Below are positions 31,753-46,362 of a stretch of 64,000 nt of DNA, one piece after another. A program made the translations under genes and the position numbers. Origin of the DNA: Chrysomallon squamiferum (Eukaryota > Animalia > Mollusca); contig CM022670.1 of the NCBI GenBank assembly GCA_012295275.1, forward strand, positions 26,350,001 through 26,414,000. The letters are read 5' to 3'. The notes under the pieces are model-generated. The model saw only the letters and a list, made by a program, of their open reading frames with translations. It searched no databases and was not told the DNA's origin. The first letter of the stretch is position 1. Each line of letters opens with the position of its first letter.

Positions 31753-32915
31753 CTAGAAGATAAGAAAAATTTCTCTTATTAATTATAGTACCTGTAGCAG
31801 TATTCATTTTAATATTATTATTAGCAGTAGTATTAGTATCAATATTAGTAGCATAATAATAATGGTAGTAATGATATTATTATTGATATTAGTAGTAATA
31901 GTAGTAGTAGTAGTAGAAGAAGTAGTAGTAGTAGTAATAGTTCTAACAAAGTAGTGTTTATAGAAATAGATGCCGTAGGGGGAAAAGAAGCTGACGATAA
32001 ACAAGAAATTCGATAACTCCTTCCATCGAAGACTGACACATTTCAAAGCAGAACCAAATAGATTATACAAACAGAAATATAATTTCTTGGAAAAACCACA
32101 TTAAATTATTCACGTTTATATACAATAATCAACAGCAGGTATCAACCTTTTTTCAGAAAATGCATGCGCATTTTCCTTCATCTGTTATATGGTGATGACG
32201 ATGACCTAAATAAAAAGAAGAATGAGTTTTCTTACTAACATTATAACGAAAGTCATAGAATGGATCTAAAGAAGTAAATCAGCTTCTCCAAGTTTCTTCC
32301 ACTGGAAGCTGATGAAGTACCAGTCACTTGATCTTTGATAGTAGTAGCAATAGTAGCAGCAGCAGCAGCAGCAGCAGTAGCAATAGTTACAGTAGTAGCA
32401 GTAGTAGTAGTAGTAGTAGTAGGGGTAGCAGTAGCACCAGTTGTAGTATAATAGTAATTGTAGTGTAGAATTAGCAGATGTAGTATCAACAGGTCAGTAC
32501 ATTAGAAGTTGTTGACAGAATTACGGAACATGCTAAGATATGAAAGGTGTTTTAGAATTATAAAAAAAAATAATAATAATAAAATAATGAAAAATTATAA
32601 AATCTAAATGTGTACGTTTGTCGTCAAAGAAAATAATTTTACTTTGTTTACCGTTCGTATCAGATTTGCTTACATTCTTATGACCCAGAATTTTTTTATT
32701 GTTTTTAGAGTCCTCATTTTCCACTTTGGGTGATTATTGTTTGTTCCATCACTGCCGTCCAAACCAATCGGGTGAAAATATACTGATGATCCCCGCTTCT
32801 GATCAATCATGTTCATACTAAGTTTTTCCGAGAGAAAAAAAAACAAAAAAAAAAACATTAAAACATACTACTACTACTACTACTACTACTACTAATAATA
32901 ATAATAATAATAATA

Positions 32916-32957
<42 letters not shown>

Positions 32958-33337
32958 TTGTATGTATATATATATATTTACGTATGTACCTGTGCAAGTA
33001 CGCATATATGCATACCTTATATATATATAGATATAGACATAGATATAGATATATGCATATGTGTATGTATATGTGTATGTATAAATGAGTATCTGTGTAA
33101 TAATATCCGTATTTGTGGTGTGTGTGTGTGTTTTATGTGTTCGGTTGTGTACATTTACCTTGGATCAAATGAATGAACTTCACAACCAGCATATTCTGCC
33201 ACTTCATCATCGAAAGTCCAGTCATAGTTAATACTGTTGTCACATAAAACAAAACGAACAAGTAAAGAATTAAAGAAACCATAAAAAAAAAAGAATTAAA
33301 AAAAGAAAGAAAATAATGTAATTCTGATATCTACTAC

Positions 33338-33389
<52 letters not shown>

Positions 33390-33854
33390 GATAATTAATT
33401 AATTAATTTTTCTGAAATGTTGTAATGAACAATAGATCCCATACTTTAGTTCCGCTAAAATACTGATGCCAGGAATATTCCATTCTTTACAGTTTATTGT
33501 GTCAGAACTTCCTTTAAAAAAAAAGTAAAAGAAAAAAAAAAAAAAAAATAATAATAATAATAATAATTTAGTCACCCGAAGGAATATACAATACATGGTT
33601 TTTTGAACTGATAGTTGCCATCGCCACATGCAAACCACCCACCATCGCCATATCTACCGTAGCGTATCATATAATTACATCTTATCTGCAGTGTATTTAC
33701 GTATCTAAAAAAAAAATTATAGAAAACATAAAAAGAAAAAACACCGATTAATTAAAATAGCTATAATGAAAACAAGATGAAGTTAGACCAAGATGAAAAA
33801 AAATGAATATGAAAAGAAAGAAGAGAATAACACAAACTGTACACAATTAATACA

Positions 33855-33896
<42 letters not shown>

Positions 33897-34812
33897 CGTT
33901 TTTATAAATGCATAATGAATTAATTAATAATTAATTTTCCTCATATATACTGCAAATTCAGCTAAAAATGCAAACTGAAATAATATATATAAAAATAATA
34001 ATTTAAGTAGCAGTAGAAATACTATTAGAAGTAGTAGTAATAGAAGATGTAGTAGTAGCAGTAGCGGCAGTTGTAGTAGCAATGATAGTAGTAGTCGTAG
34101 TACTAAAATTAATAGAAGTAGACGTAGTAATAGTAATAGTAATAGACCAGTAGCAGTAAAGGTAGTAGTACATGGAACAAAATTAAAATACTGGTTACTA
34201 ACGCATGATATATTCTCGCTAGCTCTTCGTGTGGCGTTGAGATAGAAATATTGGCGAATTCAGGTGGACCTCTGAAATACTAAAACAAACGTTACTGTTC
34301 AGTACCTTACTGAAACACGAATCTTCCAATACTGAACCATTGTAATCATCGACATGGTTATTACCATCTTTATCATAATTTATCAATTTGGGTCACGCAG
34401 ATATGTAGATTATATATTTTATATAGACACAGACACAAAAAAAAAAAAAATTAAAAAAAAAAAAAAATAAAATAAAAATAACTGCCTACATGCATACATA
34501 AAAACATGCACAGATAACAATACTATATACATAAAATAATATATACATATGTACATTTTGCATACACACATACATACATAACATACATATATACTAACAC
34601 ACATAGTTACACAGACACACACATACACGCACACAAAACACATAGTAACACTTAAACATACAGACCGTTGGCACGCGCTCGGTGGTGTGATTGTCTATTT
34701 TCTTTACCCGACTAACGCAAAAACAGAAATTGGAATATGTGAAGATAACGAATCCAAGCCCTGAACAACAAAACAAATATTTGTTTTTTTTCCTTAAGTG
34801 TAGTTCTTTCAT
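31444..34812 (-). CDS. METTL24-like methyltransferase paralog B (6 exons; 1-nt shortfall in exon 5)
   Basis: Exons 34812-34666, 34279-34203, 33704-33576, 33233-33159, 32817-32674, 31752-31444. Motifs GDGGWFAC, CIVYSFGINYDWTFD, GCEVHSFDPS, LKVDIEGSEW, QFCFEIH, CHELYMIN. Confidence 0.87.
32674..32817 (-). CDS. Paralog B exon 5 (FHPIGLDGSDG...KWKMRTLKTIKK / ILGHKN)
   Basis: 144 nt versus 145 in C; donor AAT|gtaagc. Confidence 0.82.
33159..33233 (-). CDS. Paralog B exon 4 (INYDWTFDDEVAEYAGCEVHSFDPS)
   Basis: 75 nt, caacag| ... AG|gtaaat. Confidence 0.9.
33576..33704 (-). CDS. Paralog B exon 3 (YVNTLQIRCNYMIRYGRYGDGGWFACGDGNYQFKKPCIVYSFG)
   Basis: 129 nt, ttttag| ... GG|gtgact. Confidence 0.88.
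34203..34279 (-). CDS. Paralog B exon 2 (YFRGPPEFANISISTPHEELARIYH)
   Basis: 77 nt, nearly identical to C exon 2. Confidence 0.8.
34666..34812 (-). CDS. Paralog B exon 1, basic N-terminus plus hydrophobic anchor
   Basis: MKELHLRKKNKYLFCCSGLGFVIFTYSNFCFCV...; weak donor ACG|gtctgt chosen for phase 0. An upstream acceptor at 34857 mirrors the one in C. Confidence 0.55.
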
Positions 34813-35567
34813 TATTAGTTTGTCAGTCCCGACATTTGTCTTTCCGTAACTTATTTCTGAAACAGAGAATGAGTTGTATAGTCTCTTAACGTGTAAAAAA
34901 GTTAAAATGCATTATTTATATAAAAGAAAAATTATATTGACAAAGTATAATACATTATTTAATAAAAATTATATTGTCATCTAACCTAATTAGGTTGATG
35001 AGACATATAAACCATATTAGTATATATATATATATATATATTTTTTTTTTTTAACAACCTGATAAATAATTACATTTGTGTTTAAACAGCGATTATAAGA
35101 CTAAAACAAAAACAAATGTCATAAAAATAATAAAAAGAAAAAGGCAGTTACTGCCAATAATAATACTAAATATAGAAATAAACAACGAGGTAATTAAACT
35201 AAAATTAACCTTAAATAAGAAGGCTCTTGTTTCTTCGATACATACATAATAAATAAAAGGCTTGCTATTAAAGGTTGTGCTTTGTCATTAGTTTATTAAA
35301 ATTAATTGTTCATTTCGAGATAACATTTAATAAAATTCATAAGAAAAATCCAAATGTTCATGTAAAAATATCTAAGGCCATCGTATATAGGGCAAGTGCA
35401 GTTCGTTTTCAATACCAAAAAAGACAATCTGGTTCTGTTGAAGGAATAGGAGGCCTGAAGTATCGTCCAGCTTCAACATTTAAAGGGAGGTAATCAGCTC
35501 TAAAATCGGTTAGAATTCTTCTTTGTGGTCTGGGAATAATTACTTGAGTATATAAATCAGAACCCAC

Positions 35568-35611
<44 letters not shown>

Positions 35612-37084
35612 ACACACACACACACATAAATATATTAAATCGTCAATGAAATCTTAATTTATTACTATTTAATTTAGTACTATCATTCCATAAATGATTA
35701 AACCAATCTTATTTATTATTTCTAATTAAAATTACCTTGGCTAATTTCAAAGCAACTATAACAGATTTCCCTAACTTCAGTTCTAAATTAATACTAATTT
35801 AATTTTATTTGCGAGTGCTACAATATGTTCAACCACTTTTGGATTTTTAAATTGTTCAGTTTTAAATAATTGAAGTTGCAGTAGAGACATTAAATGTACA
35901 AATGGTCAAATAAAACTTTTATTTATTTATTTATTTATTGTTGTTAATAAATAAATAAATAAAAATTAAAAATTAAATGTATGGGCACAATCTTTTATGA
36001 AATTTGAATTTTCGATCTGTAATCGGAGGAATTAACCAAATATAATCCTAAACTGGTTTGCGAGACCGACGTGACGTCATATTTATCCAATATGTCGAAA
36101 GGACATTCTTCAAATATTTATAGATTTTTAAATCAGTGTTTTTAAAGCCAAAAAGTTATTTTAACTAAACACACGTTTGAGTTAGAATTTAGCTTATTCT
36201 TTTTCTTTTCTTTTTTCCGTATGGTTTTTATAAAATAAAGCCCGGAAGTAATGTATTCTTTAGATCAAATCACACTTAACAAACAGGAAATTGTAAATAA
36301 AATGTAGCTCTGTTCAGCCTATTTTTATGTTTTGCAAGAATTTTCTGATTACTTTCTTGAGGTTAATTAAACTCATTCTATGTTAAAAGTTCAGTCTCTG
36401 ACAATGATTACATTAAATACGACAGAGAAAAAGGCAATTTAAGTATTATCTTGCGATATTTCTGGAATGTGGATAAAATTATTAAAATATATCTTAAATA
36501 TCTTTAATAATAATCGTAATAATAGTAGTAGTAATAACAGTAGTAGTAGTAGTAGTAGAAGAAGTAGTAGTATCCTAGCACCTAAATTATCTAGATTATG
36601 GCAAAATTTTTTTTTTATTACTGATCCGTTGTCTTTTAATTTAATGGCAATGGCCGAAATGATAAACGAATTTAAACCAGCGTTGTACAAGAGATTTTCA
36701 GTTATTGTAAATATCTAAAATGATGGAATATATAAATAATATAACTTGTTCGCACATATTTAACATGTATCATACCATCGTAATAATAAGAACTCGAAAC
36801 GACGTACACTTGACATTCGGTTCAGACATGTTTTCGATCACGTGATTTTAGCTGGCTTCTTTATAGGATGGGCAAGGTCATTCACAAAATTAGTCGCATC
36901 TTTCAGTTGTTGATTGATTTATTTATTTAACTATCAGTGTATTTGATTATATTAAAGAGTAAATTATATATTTAATATCACAGTATCAACCGATACCTCT
37001 GTATAGCATGAGAGTAGGGGTGGGGAAGAAAATAAAAAAATAAAATAAAATAAACGCGTATACAATTCAGAAACATCGCGCGCA

Positions 37085-37129
37085 TGAGGCTCCAAATGGG
37101 TGAGTCACACGCCATGTTTCTCTTTTTTT

Positions 37130-37161
<32 letters not shown>

Positions 37162-37534
37162 CTTATTTATTTATTTTATATATATTATTTTATTTTATTA
37201 TTATTATTATTTTTATTTTATTTTATTTTATTTTATGTATGAAAATTACCAAAAGAATAGCTACAACTGATTTACAAAAAATACATTTTATTCACTAGAT
37301 ATTAGAAACGTGAGGCTCCAAATGGGTGAGTCACACGCCATGTTTCTCTCTTATTTTTTTGAATCTTATTTATTTATATTATATATATTATTTTATTTTA
37401 TTATTATTATTTTATTTTATTTTATTTTATTTATTTATATATTTATTTATTTATTTATTTATTTTGTATGTATGAAAATAACCAAAAGAATAGCTACGAC
37501 TGATTTACAAAAAATACATTTTATTCACTAGATA
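37085..37534. repeat. Tandem duplication of an ~225-bp unit containing tgagtca
   Basis: tgaggctccaaatgggtgagtcacacgccatg...ttattcactagata occurs twice (about 37085 and 37311). Confidence 0.85.
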
Positions 37535-37976
37535 CAGAGACATGGTGGGAGTTTTCAATAACACAGCAGCTGAATTATTCGTCTGTCACTTTTTGTAATT
37601 AAAGATTGCCACCAACGTCTAGGACTTCTTTTGTTGTTGTTGTTGTTGTTGTTGGCCGCCACAGAGTTATATCCTTGTGGGAACAGTTGGTATGACAGGA
37701 GTAGGGAGTGGGCATGCAATATCTTAGATTCCTCAGTCGTTCAGAAATCGCGATGTGGTGTAAGCCAGGCGGAGAAACAACTGGGGGCTTCTCACATGGG
37801 GGCAAGATGTTTTGATCCTTTAAGAGCTGCACTTAGTTTTGGGGTTTTTTTTTTTTTTTTTTTTTTCTTTGTCTTCCTTTTAACATAAATCTTCATCTAC
37901 TGTAACAAACATTAGTGTTAACTACGTTATCCACATTTTTATTTATGATTTACTTCTTTCATTTTACTTTTTAAAA

Positions 37977-38032
<56 letters not shown>

Positions 38033-38855
38033 TGTTTCTGTCTGAAAGTTAGAGAGACATGGTGACATATTGTTTATTGTCAAACTGCTGTTAGACAAGA
38101 TCAAAAAAAAGAAGAAGAAGAGGAAGATGAAAAAGAAAAACGACAGAATGAAAGAAAAAATATGTTAAAATTTACAAAACAACGCTTACAGTCGTATTAT
38201 AGAGATTTCTTAAGCGCCGATTTAGTTCATCCCGACAACAATGCCTCTGTCGGATACATTTTAATGTTTTCTTATTTTACGTTTGATTCATCCAGCACAC
38301 CGCCTTTCTACATACAAAATAACAATCGAAAAAATATATAAAAATTATATATACATAGACAAATTTAAATGGGTTGACGTTAAACGATAATTTATTTTAT
38401 GTGATCTTATTCTAGTCGTGACCAGACCTGTTCAGATTAAATGAAGCATGAAACAAAATGTTTAAACCAAGTCAAGATTCGCTTCGCAATTATCTTTTTA
38501 TTTTTATATAAACATTTGTTACATGCTTCATTTAATCTGAACAGGTCTGTCCCGACTAGTATAAATATGGTGGTTGTTTCGCTCTGTTTATATTTTTCTT
38601 CTGCTCTTGCGAAAAGTAGCTGTACAAGAATTTAATGAGTAGTCGTAATTCTATGATGTGACAAAGAGAGCAGCATGATATTTGTATGCTTAATTTATAA
38701 TTAATTTTATTTCATTTTTCTTCTTATTAAATAAGTGTTCAAGCACGCTTTCCTGGTGTACAAAATAAAATTTCCCATCCATACATAAATAATGTCTTAA
38801 CGCTCGATAGAAATTATTATAAATATTATTATTACTGTTATTATTGTTATTGTTA

Positions 38856-38920
<65 letters not shown>

Positions 38921-39474
38921 TTATATGCTCGTCTTAGCGGAAAACTACAAAGTTAAAAAATCAAAATAATATTATGCTTTTGCTGAATGCAAAACTGAAA
39001 CAGTTTGGATATTCTGCATAATCTCTGCCCATCGATGAATCAATGCTTCCATGTTTTGAGCAATTGTGCGTACACTCGGGAAACTCATCAAAGTTATAAA
39101 TTATGGATATTACCAACCCACTCAGAAATTACCTTTTCCATATCATGGGTTGTGTTTTGGGTTCTGATAAGGTTTATGCACATATATACACATATACATA
39201 ATCCCCCATACTTTTGGCTGCGAAATGTAGGGAGATTTTTATCTGTCAGGATATTTAACTTTTGATGATGGATTGTGAACCTCCATGATGAGTGATTAGT
39301 CAAATCAAATAGCACATAAAACATACGCGTTAGAAGAAAGAACAGTATTAAATTATCACGCCATTGATAATAAAAATGTACCACATAAAGAATGCAGTAT
39401 AAACATCATCCCAAAATAACTAACAAATCCAAGTTAGTCTTAATTTTAACAGATCGGTAAGAAATTAGCCTTTT

Positions 39475-39612
<138 letters not shown>

Positions 39613-40843
39613 ACTAAATAATGACACTGAAGATGAATTCTGTCGTTATTCAAATGCACATTTTTAGCTTGTTCCTATAAATTAAAGCCGCATTATCATT
39701 AAATTTAACTTAACGTTGATGTTAATGGTAATGTAATGAAAGCTATATAAATAAACAAACCAACAAACTAATGGATGTGCATAAATTGTTTTTTCCTGAA
39801 AATGATTATTTTCGGTGCAGTTCACTGTAATATTATTGTTATAATAAAAATATTACTACATATTTATTACTGTTTACTTTTTAGTAAAACAACAACAACA
39901 ACAATAACAGTAATAATAATAATAATAATTAAAAAGGAAACAAAAAAGTTGCAATTAACTAATATTTTCAGTATTTTGTCTGATAATGCACATTCACTTT
40001 AACATATGTGAAAATAACATCAGGTTTTTTTACGATTTAATTATTACATTTATATAGACGTAATGTCAGACGAAAATCTCTGGGTTTATTACATGCCATA
40101 TTCGTTAAAGAAAATAAGTAAAGGTGACAGCTGATGTCCTGTGGCTAATAACCTAGACCTATGTAGCATGTGACAGGTGACAAATAGGTGTGGTGAATGA
40201 ATGCCGCTGAAAGTGCACAGAGTGAATAAACAGAAGATGTATGTGATTCATCGTTGCTGATCTGTACTGGTAGTTCACGCTGACGTTCAGGCACAGGTTC
40301 ATTCTAAACACGTAGAGGATTGTACGAGATCGTTTCGGATGAGAAACCGGATCAAGAGGTAACGTAAAATGATCGTTTGTTTGAAATCGTAACAGCAGTC
40401 GGAGATACTCGGACGCTGGCCATTTTCACAGGTATTAAATTGATATAATTATGTAGGCTTTAAGCATGATGTATACAGTTTACAGTTTGTGATTATATTT
40501 GCAAAAACTTCTCCACATACCACGTTATAGCATGGTATGTACCTGTCCGTTGTTTTAGCGGCACACGCCGTTCAGAAACCGACAGAAACAAACATCACCG
40601 TGTAGAGTGATTTTTGCTGAAAATTTTTTTCATTTCCGTAAGGTCGCATAACAAAATATTTAAATCATATAACTCCTCTTCATGTGAAAATTAAAACCGG
40701 ATAAAATGCACCCAAAATTAATGCTGGTCGTTCACATCAGTTGGAAATATAAATAATAGATATGATATTAAATCAGTCAGGTAGAGAAAATGTTTATACT
40801 GAAAATATACCTTTATAACAGAGGCATTTTGTATAGTGATATA

Positions 40844-40883
<40 letters not shown>

Positions 40884-41205
40884 CATCATCATCATCCTGA
40901 TCATGATCATGATCATGATGATTATGATAATAACAGTAATTAATTAATTAGTAAAATAAAGATGATAATAATTTACAAATTATCAAATATATTGTCCAAT
41001 TCATTTATAGAATTTTGTTTTTGTATATTTTACATAAGCGATTTTAGTATACATCACTAAGAATATTAACTCAGTTTTGTCACATCACTGTATGATATAA
41101 CACACTAAATTATGTTAAATAATAGTTTGTCTTATGTAAACAGAGAAGATGAATGGCCAGTTCCCACACAATTTACATAAAGAAAAAAGAATACAAACAA
41201 GCAAA

Positions 41206-41270
<65 letters not shown>

Positions 41271-41456
41271 TTACAGCCATCATTAAAAATAATAACATTA
41301 ATAATAATAATAATAATAATAGCATTAATAATAAAAAGAAGAAGAAGAAATATTTATACAGTTGTATTCAAAATATTATTATGTATTTGTAATATTTGAT
41401 AATATATCATAATAATTTAAATATATTTACTAACAAGTCTACCAAGAAGCCTGCAA

Positions 41457-41497
<41 letters not shown>

Positions 41498-41859
41498 AGC
41501 TGTCGTACGCTGTCAGATGCACATACATATTTACAACCTTATTTAAGAAACCGTTATTATTTGCATATTATGATTTGTTTTTCTTTCTTTTCTTTATATA
41601 AATATATACCACTACTACTACCACTACCACTACTACACAAAAGAAGTTAACGGTAAAAAATATTTCCGAGAATAAAAATAAGGTAAAATTGTGAAGACTA
41701 ATGACAAATAATTTATTTGATGTCTCGAGAACAGAAAATAAAAGAAAAAAAAACGTCTGCTTGGAAAGTAGTTTACTATTCAAATGGAGAAAGTCATGCA
41801 CTTCCCAAAATGATGTTCATACTTGAAGAAGAAGCGTCAGTAACTGTTGCATAAGCATT

Positions 41860-42527
41860 CATACATTCTTGACAACATTAAAACATGCTGTTAATCAGGC
41901 ACTGGCAATAACGTTGAGGAATCGCTTGCCATTCTGTAAGTAGTTGCTGAGCCAGTTGCTGGAGGTTGACGGATGAGATCGGACTCGCCGCCCTAGTTCA
42001 TCCCAAGTATGCTCTCTGGGTGTCAAGTCTGGTGAGTATGCAGGCCAAAGCAGGCGCTGAACATTCTGCTGCTGCAGGATGTCAGTCACCACCCAAGCAC
42101 GATGAATGTCATTGCCGACGGTTCCACTGGATATGACGTCTGCACCAATAAAGTCGAGGTCTTCTGAGACGGGCACGTATCTGTGATCGGACCACGTGAC
42201 GCCGACATCGCAAACCTCGCTCTCGCAGGTGATTCCTAATGGTCTGGTCAGACACACTGTTACCTGTATCAGCTCTGAGATGATCACGAAGACGCCCTGC
42301 GGTCACAATGTCGCAATGCCGTAATCATCTTGTGCTGTTGTTGATCGTGGTCTTCCAGAACGGGAGCCATTCCAAATAGAATTAGTTGTTCTCAACCTCT
42401 TCCAGAGTCTACCGATAACGCTTAGATTTAACTTTAGACAGTAAGCCAAATATCTTTGTGCGTGTCCATCTTGTAGCCAGCCAGTTGCCCTTCTCCTGTC
42501 TTGGAAACTGAGTAGTCGTCGAACCAT
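41860..42527 (-). mobile_element. Degenerate, internally deleted Tc1/mariner transposase pseudogene
   Basis: Three frames: SVIGRLWKR...SGRPRSTTAQDD (HTH, GRPR); VSDQTIRNHLRERGL...RLYWCRRHIQW; HRAWVVTDILQQQNVQRLLWPAYSPDLTPREHTWDELGRRV (WPxxSPDLNPIE motif). TIRs not identified. Confidence 0.9.
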
Positions 42528-42951
42528 CTTCAAATTTAAAGGAACGATGAAAGGAAAATGGTCAGCCCTTTTACTGGTAAAACGTGAATGCACTGAAGTA
42601 CATTCATGCTAAGCACGTACAAGTGTGTCACACTGGGTGTATCGTGGCAGGTTGTCAGTTTAATCTGTCTGCTTTTGCTTCAAATCCATGGAAAGGAAAT
42701 CTAGGTCAACTAAAAAAAGTTTGTAAAGACAAGGGCAATGATTGCAAAAGACAACACAAAGGTTAATGTTCTAACCTTATCTAGCCTAACAAGCCTATAT
42801 ATATATTCGTCTTTAGTTTTGGTAGTCCCTCCGATTTACTGATTATTAATTCTTTGATTTATTTTTTTATTTATAAATTCCTCCGGTTATATGCGAAACA
42901 ATTTAAATTTGGTCGTCCCTAATTATCGCTCTTCTCTGTTTTTTTACTTAT

Positions 42952-42987
<36 letters not shown>

Positions 42988-44190
42988 ATAAAAAAAAAAT
43001 AAATCAATAAATACAATTTTATTTTATCTGATGAATTTATAAAGCTATCTGTTAGTGTTTCTACTGTTTATATCACATTGTTCAAACTTGTATAATGATA
43101 CACAGGTCTGTGGAAAAGGCGTTGGGCAGTGTGATGAGCGGATGGTGATAATTAAGACTATAAATAAAAATAATCGACTCAACAATTTCAGATGGCGATT
43201 TACTGGACAGTGTTATGACACTTTCTTGCAAATGTGAAAATAACAAGACATTATCAGTTTATTTTTAGTTACATTTACTTAAACAAAAATGATATATACT
43301 GTTCAATTTAGTTCATACCTTCTAGGCTTCTGCACTCTCTCCTGTTTTTCTCGCGTGTAACTCGTTATAACGTTCTGGACAGCTGAACATTGTAAGTAAC
43401 CAGCTGTTGTTGTTTTTTTCACTTGTTTTTTCATTCAAACAACTGTTTCGTTGATCCAGAACAGTATTCATCATCTATATCTAATTCACTGAGTTTGAAT
43501 ATATCGAAATTTTATCTTAAAAATGAACTTGAAATATCTGTGTATTAGCGAAACATTTCTAACTGCAAGTATTTACAGGATAGCAAAAAAAAAAAAAAAG
43601 TAAAGATAGAAAAAGAAGAAAAAGGTCAATTATTCTAATATTCATTATAACTAACTAAATTGGGTAATTGATTTTAAGAATTAAATTGAAAAAAAATTGG
43701 ATCAGTTTGATGGATACACTTAGTCAGTTACTGTTTCTAATGCAAATTAAATTATCATTATAAATAATAATTGTCCTAGTTGTATTTTTTATCTTATAAC
43801 ATCTGTTCTCTGAGTTTTATTTTGTAAATATACAATATTCTTTTATCAGTAAACACATAACGTAGATGTTATGTTTTCGTCATTACCTACCAGGTATGTT
43901 TTGATCGTTTTATGTTTGCATACTTTTACTTTTTCGAGATTTAAACAACGCCATAAAATGGTATCTAAACCATTAATAACAATTAAGCGATTTATATAAT
44001 AATTAATTAAATTTCCTATTTTAATATTTTCATATTTTAATAATCAAAACACTCTCTTTGATGATATTCGAAAGTGATTTTGAACAAACCCGATCAAACT
44101 ATCGCTAATTTTTCAGGTGCATTTTGTGTTCATTTAATGCAAAAAATGATATCAATCGAGAATAAAAAGTAGAATTTAAATAATATATAC

Positions 44191-44246
<56 letters not shown>

Positions 44247-44559
44247 AAAATAAAAGTATGTTATGAATAGTAACTTTTTAGCTAATTATTCAGTAGGTAG
44301 GTAATTGACGGCAAGCAGCAGTATTGATAATCTGTCTCTCACATCTTAAAACACTTCATACGTCAAGTCAGCTATACTGCCTCTCTCAGATCTTAAAACA
44401 GTTAATGTCTGTAGGCTAATCAGATTCATTACTCAGTGCTCAGATTGTTATTATTATTATTTTGATTTTTACTGTTGTGATACAAAGATTTCTTAACTTG
44501 ATAACTTAGTTTTAAAAAGCCGCTACACGTGACGACGAAGATTTCAAAACCGTTGCGTT

Positions 44560-45012
44560 ACGTGACGGCTTAGTTTACAAAACCGTTGAAAATTTAAGAT
44601 AGTTATACTTGAGACTTACTTTTTCAAAGAAATTCAGACGTGAGATCGTAGTTTACAAAGCCATACGTGATAATATAGTGAAATAACACGACTTTGAAGA
44701 AAATGAATGTGTCATCGGTTTCCATATAATGAAGTGAAATATCGATTTAACTCATCGGCATTTAAAATCACCAAGAAACAACAAAAGAACAAATCTTAAC
44801 ATTGTTGAAATATGCTTTACGCGAGCAAGTCGACATAAATATTCACAAAAACGTATGAATGCCATCACGCTATGTAAGTATCCTCCATATGTTACTCAGT
44901 ATAATTTACAGAACTGTGTAATCACATTATTTTATACTTGTCGTTCACATATGTCGTTTTAAAACAACAATAAAATGCTCATCATTATATGCATCTATGT
45001 TCGTATGTGTGT

Positions 45013-45053
<41 letters not shown>

Positions 45054-46130
45054 CACACACACACTATTCAGAAAAAGTAGATGAACCAAAAATATTAATG
45101 TTAATATCAGTTATTAGACCCATCAAACGCACTCACTACAGAAATACTAGTAAAAAATGTTCATGTCGGTTTGCCAACACACCGAAATTCGTTCGGTATT
45201 TTGCACGTGCATCACGCAGTTGTTCACGTTCACGTGCATGGGGTGTCATACTCGATTTTGACATTTTTCAGAAAGGTAGATTAAATATTGTGGATCATTA
45301 TTTCAATCAATTTTTTTTTACATTCTGATCATTTTATATTGTTACTGTTTCGTTTTTGTAGTTTTTTTTAGCTACTTTTATCGTTTGAATATGAAATGCG
45401 ACGCATGCGCTGTGATGAGCGTATAAGGTGCTGTTGGCATGCTACTAACAGGCATAATTCAGCATGAAGTGGCCAGCACCATCATTATTTTGAATTCAGT
45501 GATTTGCAGATATGGATCAAGTTCCGACAAATCCATAATGTTGGCGATCGACCCCATTCAGATGGTTCCAGGGCAAAGTCAGTAATACAGGATCAGTTCA
45601 TCCGTAACCTAGCTCTGAAAAATCGAGCTGAAACGGCAAATCAAATTCTTGGCATACTTTCTTTAGGCTAATGGTGTCCAAGTTGCGGATCAGATAATTT
45701 GAAATTATCTTCATGCAGCCCGTTCATGCTTTAACGGCTCCGGGCTGTGTCTACGTGGACAAATCGTCACATTTCTTACATTGTAACTGGAGCTGGGAAC
45801 TTCAGAACGGGGGTAATCGTGGCTGGTCTTACGTCGTGTTTCCAGATAGAATTCCTATTCACTTTAAACATCCTCGTTAGGAGTGGTGAGGCTGGCGACG
45901 AGGCGATGAACGCCAACGTCACAATGTGATTTCGTAACATGCTTTACGGTCGTTCTGTTATGGTGTGGACTTGCATCGCCGTGACTGAGAGAATACACTC
46001 CATACTGTGCAAGGAAGGGTCACTGGGAAGGACTGCCGGAATATCATCCTTTTCATGAGCAGATCGCGCGTGCTCACCGTGTACAAATCGTTGATGATTA
46101 CCTCCAGCAGCACAACCGAAAGCCATGCCA
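44560..46130 (+). repeat. Diverged direct-repeat block, copy 1, with a Tc1-like N-terminal remnant
   Basis: Collinear with 50730-51770 through shared anchors cttagttt..caaaaccg, gagacttact, agcaagtcgacataaatattcacaaaaacgtat, ccagggcaa, gtgtctac..aaatcgtcacatt and cctccagca. Confidence 0.8.
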
Positions 46131-46329
46131 AGCAGTGAGCCCAGACCTTTCCCACATTTTCTTTTTTGAAGAGTATATTTAAAAAATATATATATATATA
46201 TATTAATAAAAAAAAAAAATAAACGTTTTCATTATGCAAACTTGACAAGTGGTTACAGTAAATATTCAAATTTTTATTTTATTTATTTTTTTTTAATTAT
46301 ACAAACGCAATATATCATTTTGTTGTTGA

Positions 46330-46362
<33 letters not shown>

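Noticed and set aside
37599-37888. Short ORFs in a GC-richer patch
   Set aside because: No recognisable motif or splice framework; probably a repeat fragment.
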